From Vicugna vicugna (lineage: Eukaryota), in contig MU058636.1 in assembly GCA_013265495.1 (NCBI GenBank), positions 1,364,001 through 1,428,000 on the forward strand: a DNA stretch of 64,000 bases, given 5' to 3'. Of this stretch, positions 55,734 to 64,000 are shown piece after piece. Each line of letters opens with the position of its first letter. Position 1 is the first letter of the stretch. Under the pieces are notes generated by a model, which was given only the letters and a program-made list of their open reading frames with translations, searched no databases and was not told the DNA's origin. The position numbers and the translations under genes are program-made.

Positions 55734-56759
55734 CTCTTCCACCCGCTGTGTTGAATTCCTGCTCTAAATCATGGGGAGGGCATTCTGTTTTCACGGTTGG
55801 ACACTAAATGTTACCCCTAGAGATTTCTACCCGCTCAGGTATCCAGCAAGAGCCCACATCTCTGCTTTCCCTCCTCCAACACGTTCCTTGGATCCCTTCC
55901 TACTGCATCTCCATGCTCCCCAACCCACTGCTGGACACCTGAGTGAGAAATCCCTGTAATTTGGCAGAGAAGTAATAATTCTAGCTTCCACCAGTCTGTA
56001 AGGAGGCCCCTGAGAGCAGGACAGTATCCCTGGGACCCAGCTCAGGGCAGACACAGAGGAGAGCTCAGGAAACTCCTGTTGCACCTGGGTGGTCTCTCTT
56101 CCCCCCATGGCACCCTCACCCCTGGGTGGGTGTTGTCTAAACTCCACTGACACCAGGATGGTTTCCACTCAGGTTGTTTGAGCACAGAATCTCAAAACAT
56201 CGTGAGAACACCTGTTAGTAAAGGAATCCACTTTTGGCAATGCTGTTCACAGAGCAATGTAGGTTCTGCAGGTGAGTGAAGGGTTTCTGACCCAAGACCA
56301 ACATAAAAGCAACTGCATTTTGGTATAACAGCAACCAACAGAAGATGACACAGAAATATGCAAAACTGGCGGGAAAATAACTAAGTACTTAACAGACTTC
56401 TATGGTCTTATTGAGCATGAAGGAAGACCCAGAGGAACAGATGTAGACAAGGTACATGGACTAAAGACTCAGTGTTTTAAAGACATCCACCTTCCCTTGA
56501 TTAATCTAGAAAGTCAACTAGATTTCTCCTTTGGGACTCTAGAATCAGGTTCTAGAATGTATATAGAAACATGAAAGTCCACGAAGAGTCAGGAGAGGCG
56601 GAGGATGGACGGGGTAGGGGCTGCGCGGGCCCCTCGAGGGACAGGGCACCGTCCTCTCTCTGCACCTGGTGGCGGTGACTCTGGTGTTTACTTTCTCACC
56701 TGTCGATGATGCATTTCACATTAAAAAAAAAAGATAAAAAATTAAAGCAGTAACAGAGA

Positions 56760-57125
56760 TGGTTGTCTGGAAAGGGGCCAGACTGAAGAGTGTGACCAGT
56801 GAGGAGGCTACTCTGGGATCCAGGCAGGAAGCGATGAGGGTCTGAACCGAGTGGCCAGGAAAATGGAGAGGGAAGGACAGCCTCACAGAGCCCCGAGGTG
56901 AGGACCCTGGGGTGCTAGGCCCCAGGGTGTGGGCAGCGTCTAGAACACCCAGTGACTCCCAGATTTCTGGCTGGGAGACTGGATGGTCCGTGGTGAGCAG
57001 GGCGGCAGGGCGGCAGGGAGTGAGTCTGCAGGGATGACACATCCCGTTTAGGGCAAGTCAGATTCAAGGTACTGTGGGAACATCGAGGGGATTGTGTCCG
57101 ATACAAGGGCTGTAGCCCAGCAGAG
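56760..57125. mobile_element. L2 fragment
   Basis: GACCAGTGAGGAGGCTACT...ATCCAGGCAGGAAGCGATGAGGGTCTGAAC...GACTCCCAGATTTCTGGCT are L2-like phrases. Confidence 0.6.
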
Positions 57126-58453
57126 CCAGTAGACATCTCCCTTTGAAAATGGCCAGCTGCTGAAGACGGCAGTTATTTCCTCTTTCTATGGGACAGGAGG
57201 GGCCAGAAACCCCTCACATGCTGGTAATTTTGCAGAGTGAGCCACCGGACCGCCCTTCTCCCGTGGTTTATCTTTCTTCACCAAAGCACAGAGTTTAATG
57301 ATTTTTCAGGCTCCTTTTCCCTCAGTTATAACGTGGAAGTGCTCAGTGTGGCACTTAAGAAGCTCGTTTCCCACATAAACCTTATTAGAAATCATTCCTT
57401 CACTCTCAAACGACTGTGCAAGGACCTCAGCTTCCCGTCGCGCCCAGTGGAGGGAGGGGCATTGAAAGCTGCAAGGAAACAGGAAAGACCGACGGACTGA
57501 AGGAATCCTAGCTACGATTCCAGGCCCTAGGACCTGGTTCCCAGCGCGAAGCGAGGGTCTGCCTGCTCTGTGGGCACATGTCTCTGTGGGCAGCGATGTC
57601 TGGGAGGGGGACCACGGGCCCGTTAAGAAAGAGGTGACTTTCCATCTCCTGTGTAGTCAGGTGCCCTGTGTGTGAACCAACAGCCCAGGCAGGCGGAGTG
57701 ACTTACTAACGTGACGTGGCTGGAGGGACGGCTGGGGCTGGGGCTGGGGGCAGAGGAGCCCAGGGTCCGCAGTGTGAGCAGCCACTCAGCCTGTACTTTC
57801 GTGACCCTGGGGGTGACTGTCTCCTTAGATTTTGCACCCGAGGCACTTCTCTTGCCTTGACTAGCCCTGGCCCCAGGATCACAGACATCTCAAAGCCCCA
57901 TTCAGTGTTCTTCCTGCTCTACCACCCTTTGTGGGATCCTCCTTCACGAATCAGCTCAAAATCCCTCCTCCATGAAGCTGCCCACTAGTCACCAGGTGCC
58001 CCAGGGCCCCCTTCTCCCTGAAACTCTGCTCATACTTGTCCTAGAGTATTGATCGTGTTAAGCTGTGTCCATTCCTGAGAGGGGACGCGCCCCTGCCCTC
58101 TCATCCGGGAGTGCTCCAGGCCATGCTGGGCACCCAGGTGCCAAGCAAGGAGGCACAGGAAGCACCACCGTTGCTGAAGGTGTCCCCTGAGCAGAGGCGG
58201 GACTGTTGGAAGTCCTCGTCCTCACTCCTTTGCTTCACAGCTCGCCTCTATTGACTTAGAGGATTCGACTGTTAACTGGACCTTTATTAATTACATGCCC
58301 AGTGATTACCAGTCTCAAGCTTTGTTAAAATAGCCCCACCACAGCAACCCCTAGGTGGAGGCATGTAACCAGGTCCCCCCTCTCTGCAGCCTGCCTCGGC
58401 AGGCCCCCGTCAGACCGCTTTCTGTTGGGTGGTCTTCCTGGTACCTGCCAGCA

Positions 58454-58736
58454 GAATCTCCATACTGTTTTCCATAATGGCTGCACCCAACTACATTCCC
58501 ACCAACAGTGTAGGAGGGCTCCCTTTTCTCTACACCCTCTCCAGCATTTATCGTTCATGGCTTTTTGAATGATGGACATTCTGACTGGTGTGAGGTCATA
58601 CCTCACTGTAGTTTTGATTTGCATTTCTGATAATTAGCCATATTGAGCACTTTTTTTCATGCGCCTGTTGGCCATCTGTATGTCTTCTTTGGAGAATTGC
58701 TTGTTTAGGTCTTCTGTCCATTTTTGGATTGAGTTT

Positions 58737-58768
<32 letters not shown>

Positions 58769-59690
58769 AAGTTGTATGAACTGGTTATACATTCCGGAAA
58801 TTAAACCTTTGTCAGTGGCATCATTTACAAATTTTCTCCCATTCTGTAGGTTGTCGTTTTGTTTTGCTTATGGTTTCCTTTGCTGTGCAAAAGCTTGTAA
58901 GTTTAATTAGGTCTCATTTGTTAATTTTGCTTTTATTTCTACTGCCTGGGTAGACTGCCCTAGGAGAACATTTGTAAATTAAATATGTTTTGCCTATGTT
59001 TTCTTCTAGGAGGTTTATCATGTCTTGTCTTATATTTAAGTCTTTAAGCCACTTTGAGTTTATTTTTGTGTATGGTGGGAGGGAGTGTTCTAACTTCATT
59101 GATTTACATGCAGCTGTCCAGTTTTCCCAACGTCACTTGCTAAAGAGACTGTCTTTTCTCCATTGTATATTCTTGCCTCCTTTGTTGAAGATTAATTGAG
59201 CATAAGTCTGTGGGTTTATTTCTGGGCTCTCTATTTTGTTTCATTGATCCATGTCTGTTTTTGTGCCAGTACCACACTGTTCCGATGACTGTAGCTCTGT
59301 AGTGTTGTCCGAAGTCTGGAAGGGCTATTCCTCCAGCTTCATTCTTTTTCTTCAGTAATGCTTTGGCAATTCTTGGTATTTTGTGACTTTTAGCATTTTT
59401 TAATGGATTATTCATTCTAGTTCTGTGGAAAATGTCCTGGGTAATTTGATAGGGACCTCATTAAATCTGTTGATTGCCTTGGGCAGTATGGCCATTTTAA
59501 CAATATTGATTCTTCTAATCCAAGAGCATGGGATATCTTTCCATTTCTTTAATTCATCTTTAATTTCCTTAATCAGTGTTTTGTAGTTCTCCATGTATAA
59601 GTCTTTCACCTCCTTGGTCAGATTTATTCCTAAGTATTTTATTGTTTTGGATGCAATTTTAAAAGGGATTGTTTCTTTACTTTCTTTTCC
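58454..59690 (-). mobile_element. L1 ORF2 portion continuing the 55095-55733 element; includes (TTG)n at about 58738-58768
   Basis: Minus-strand peptides [17 protein letters not shown]...[42 protein letters not shown]...[11 protein letters not shown]. Confidence 0.93.
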
Positions 59691-62600
59691 TAGCAGGTAA
59701 AGATTTGACAGTCAATACAAGTCAAAGGTAGAGCCCAGGAGGGTGGAAGGCATCTGGCTCAGCATCCGAGGCTGGGTTTGGGCTGTGTTGCTGTTGGAGA
59801 GGCACGTCTGGGAGGCACTTCTGCTCACTAGTGCCAGGGGGAAGTGGGGACTTGGGGGCAAGGCAGGAGTGGGCACTGAGGCTACCGCCAACCAATTATT
59901 CAGGGGCCATTTGCTCCTTTTCTGAATTCTCCAGACCAGCTTCTTTCTCCTGCACCCTCATCTCCGTCCCACATTTCATGGGTCCAGTGAGCCCCTCTGC
60001 ATCACCTGCCTGCCTGGCAAGTTGGGAGCTGCCTTCTAGGGAAGCAGTTCTAACCTTGACTTTGCCTGTTGATCAAGTCACTTAACTTGGCAGCCTGTGA
60101 ATGTATGTGAAGCCAAAGTGTGAACTATCAACAATCAATATGAGGGATTATTGTTTTTATTGATTTGAACTTTTTACAGCTCCACTTAACACCAGATGTA
60201 CTGTAAGTGGATCATAAATATCAAACATAAAAACGATAATGATGCAGTATCATGCTTATGAAGGAACCTTGCTTGGTGCACCTGCTGCCCTTCTGTCATA
60301 AGGAGGTGGCCACACTTAGGAGCACTCCGTCAGGGTTCACCTACATTGAAGATTCTGGAAAAGAAAGCTCAGTCATTTCTGGCAGCTTTGCTGCTTCCAG
60401 TTCTCATCCAGGGAAAAGCTACTCGCGCAGCAATTATTTTCAAGATGCAGAAAAGAGGAAGGAAATGAATATTTAGGAGGAATTGAAGAGATGCAAATTT
60501 CCCTTTGCTCAGAGCTGATGGATCAAGATGCCTCTTTTCATACCATTTAATTTGCTGTACCGTCGAGTGAATAAAGTAAGGAGAGGGTGCTGTAGGACAG
60601 GAAAACAGAGAGAGGTGAACAAGAGGGATAAGAGGAAAAGAAAAAAATCCTTCCTGCTACAGAAAAGGCAAGTTATTGCTATTCTATCAGAAAAATAAAA
60701 CTGCAAGAAATTACCATGAGCGAGGGTGGATTCCAAATCCTTTATGGGACCCTGGAGGCCACAAGGCAGGTGTGCTCATCTGCCTCCCAGGCCTCTGTCC
60801 TGTGGCGCCCCCGCCCCCACCCCCCGCCCCCGGCTCTCCTAAGTGGACTGTAGAACTGTGAGCAAAGACCACAGCCTAACCAGACAGCCCTTTACCTTTG
60901 GCTACAAGCCCATTACGTGAAAATGGGTCCCTTGCCTCTTTGCTGACTTGCTCTGGGTCAGGCCCCACTCCGGGCACTCTGTGTGGGTGTCAGGCTCCCC
61001 TGGTGGAGCCTACACAGGGCTTGCCCAGGGGAGGGCTGCCGGCTTGCCCGCGGGATGCATGGAGGCCGTGCACGCGTCTCCTTGTGGGGGTCTTTGCCGA
61101 GGGGGCTCCCTGGAGGCAAGAGAGCTGCTGCTCCAGTTTGTGACAAGGCAACGAGCCTCTGGGAAGTCCTCCCTGATTCAGGGCGTGCCCAGAACCCTCA
61201 GACAGAGCGCCCTGTGCCCCTTATCGAGGTACTTACCACGCTGGGTTACAGCTGCCCCCATGAGCCTGTGGGCCACACGAGGCCAGGCACTGCTGTTATG
61301 TTGTTCACCCTTCCTGCCCAGCGCAGAGCACGAGGGCGAGCAGGAGGTACCGAAGGCACACCAGTCAGACAAGTGAATGAACGGCTAGGGCAGGGACAGG
61401 AGCGGGGCATTCTTAAGAACTGTGAGGCCTGTCACCTGCCATCCTCCTGCCCACCTTGCACTTGGCCTTGTAGAAGAGGGCACATGCAGTAGCCAGTGGG
61501 AGCGGGAGGGCGTGCCCCACCATCTAGAGGATGGCTCCACAGATGCCCTGGGCACCAGCGACCTGAGCAGCCGCAGGAGATGGCAGTGTCCTCAATGGCG
61601 CAGGGTGTTTGGGTTTCTAACACGGCTCAGTGCTGCGGGTCCTTTGGGACTTGGAGCAAAAGCACCAGTGGTCTCATCTTCCCATCCTACCAAACAGGCC
61701 AAGGCACGAGGATATGGAGGTCCAGCCAGGCACGGCCAGAGCTGACTGGAAGAGAACTGGGTGGAGAGGGAAGGTCCGCATGACCGGCCTCGGAGTGCCA
61801 AGGGTTACTGTTTTGGGGGGTCTTAAAGACGAGGTCTAGTTGGCATGACCTGAAGAAACCCAGGAGCAATATAATTACCTCTGATTTGTCAAACCAGCCC
61901 AGCGGGCCAGTTCTCTTGATCACTTGTGCTTTGCTGCTGGTGAGGAAAGAGGCCAAGAGGTGGGTTGCTTACGTGAGGTCACAAGGCTGGTGCCCGCCCG
62001 GCTGCCTCACTCGGGAGGCTGGTGCACCTGCCGGGTTCTGCTTGACCTCAAGGCCCTGAAAATCGGGTGTCAGGGAGACATGGAAATCAGAAGAGCTGGC
62101 CTGGGAGGTGCTCAGACCTGCTGAAGGAGGCATCCTAGGAAAGGAGCTCCAGCCCTGTTGCGGGGGGATGTGTTCCAACCAAGCGGACACGGCCGGCTTG
62201 TCCTGGCACTGCATCCTTCAGGCAGAGTCCAGGGTAGAGGACAGAACTCTGCTGCCAGGAAGGCAAGAGAGGCCGTGGATCTCACATGCCGAGGATGGTG
62301 TGTGCCGGGCTCTGGTGCATGGGACTAGGGAAAAGAAGGAAGAACTTCGGTAATGAGCACATAGCTTCAGGGATCAGACCCAAAGGCAGTAAAATAGATG
62401 CTCTAGTGAGTTGTCAGGGGGCAAAGAGGCAAAAACTCAGCTTAGGGTATGCTGCCAAGTGGAGCAAAGCCAAAGCAGTTGGGTTACTGAGCATTACCTA
62501 CTTCAAAGGGAGCCGTAACACTTGGTGGAAAAAACGTCTGGAAGGTAGACACAAGCTGACTTACTGACTGTAGAAATTACAGTTTTTCCAGGGAGGGCCC

Positions 62601-64000
62601 CAGTCAGGGGCCGTACCTTCAGTGTGATGCGTTCAGCAAACATTTACCGAGCGCCTGGGCTTTGTGTGTTCCTCAGGCACTGGAGCCGGTGGCGGGCTGC
62701 CTTGGACCCGAGCACCACATGGCCGGTGGACATCCAGTCTCGTCTTCATGTTGTTCTGCCTGAAACCCCCGAAAAGGTCACTGGGGTTTAGAAAGACAGG
62801 CGTCTCCTGCGGGAAGACGTGGATTCGGGAGGCGCCACTGAACCTTTTAAGGACACTGTCACAGAGCGGTCCCTCTTGCCCCCGCAGAGCCCCAGGAGAA
62901 CGGAGGGAGGCTGGAATCACCGCAGGAGAGTCCCAAACACCATGACTCATGTTTGACAATAGTCAGAGAAACCACTTGGCAGATCTGCTGAGAACTTCAT
63001 TGTGTCCCACTTAAGAGCCTGTGTTCTGGGTTGATGGTAACATAGTTATTTAGTCGTCTCTCTGCAGCATCCAGAACAGCCTCATCCCAGCAATGGACTG
63101 AGCTTTCAGAGGCAATTCGGAGGGAGATGATTCAGAGGGAGACTCGAACAGCGCCCGTGTGGAGTGCTTTGTGCACAGTCTCTGTGTCAGTGTGAACTGA
63201 CTTAGTCCGACAGATGACAATGCTGAGGCTCAGACAGGTTAAGTGACTTGCCCCAGGTGACACAGCCAATGCCTAGCAGAGCTGAGAGGTAAGGCTTGAC
63301 CACTCCACTCTCTGGCCTCGCCCAAACAAGGAGGCTTCCAAGCTGGATAACCGGGGAAACAGCCGTGGATTTGTGTGTGTGAGGCCACGCCCAGTTCTGG
63401 AACTTTCTCCTTTTTGGCATTTTACTTCTTCCCAGAGAAGGAAATGACACAGATGCCGACCGCAATTTCCAGGGCTCAAGGAGCGTCCACTGGACAAAAC
63501 GTAGGTACCAGCAGATGTAGGCTGGTGTCACTGACAGAGAACGTTCAGGGTGTGACAAGCCAGTAGGACAGATTCAAAAGCGACACTGTCACCTTGACCA
63601 TGATGGTGGTTTCATGGGCGTATGCATATCTGGAAACTCATGAAGTTGTATCCCTTACATGTGTCCCATTTTTGGAATCAATTATATGTCACTAAAGCTC
63701 TCGAAACATTAAAAAAATTGACACAATGTCTAAATGATGATTTATATAAGAAGCACAGTTGATACAAGGTACCAACGGCGATTTATATTTGTCTCCTAAA
63801 AAGTAATCTCTAGTGCAGAGGCAGAAAACTCACGTGGCCTGTGGCCCTGGCGGGTGGCGCAAAAGTGACACAAAAGAGCTGGCTTAATCAGGGTGACCTG
63901 CAGCTCCGTGTCCTGCTGGGAGAGCGGCCCTTGCAGACGGCCACAGTCACGGGGGTGGGGGGCTAGAGGGGTTAGACGTTCTGCTCACTCACCGCTGCAG

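Noticed and set aside
60898..62959. Dense short ORFs near the window end
   Set aside because: Expected in GC-rich intergenic sequence; no recognisable protein, and no exon of a downstream gene identified.

Overview
Mammalian genomic DNA, most likely from a camelid, judged from Vic-1-type tRNA-derived SINEs and cetartiodactyl-type L1 3' ends. It holds two complete spliced genes on the + strand. RPL21 (160 aa, 5'TOP non-coding exon 1) hosts the intronic snoRNAs SNORD102 and SNORA27. RASL11A encodes a 242-aa Ras-like GTPase. About 46 kb of repeat-rich intergenic DNA follows (L1, L2, MIR, MaLR/ERV LTRs, hAT MERs), with a 920-N assembly gap inside a young L1. I found no new protein-coding system, and almost all other ORFs are chance frames or L1 remnants. 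The most notable observations are: (1) a sense L1 3' fragment inserted into the polypyrimidine tract of RPL21 intron 3, displacing SNORD102 about 230 nt and leaving a cryptic, PTC-generating acceptor; (2) an L1 split without base loss by 2.7 kb of older non-L1 DNA; (3) an orphan CpG-rich promoter-like element with a perfect splice donor; (4) a MER53 hairpin carrying a miR-1302-like sequence; (5) a twin-primed inverted L1. Repeat family names come from remembered consensus sequences and need RepeatMasker/Dfam confirmation.
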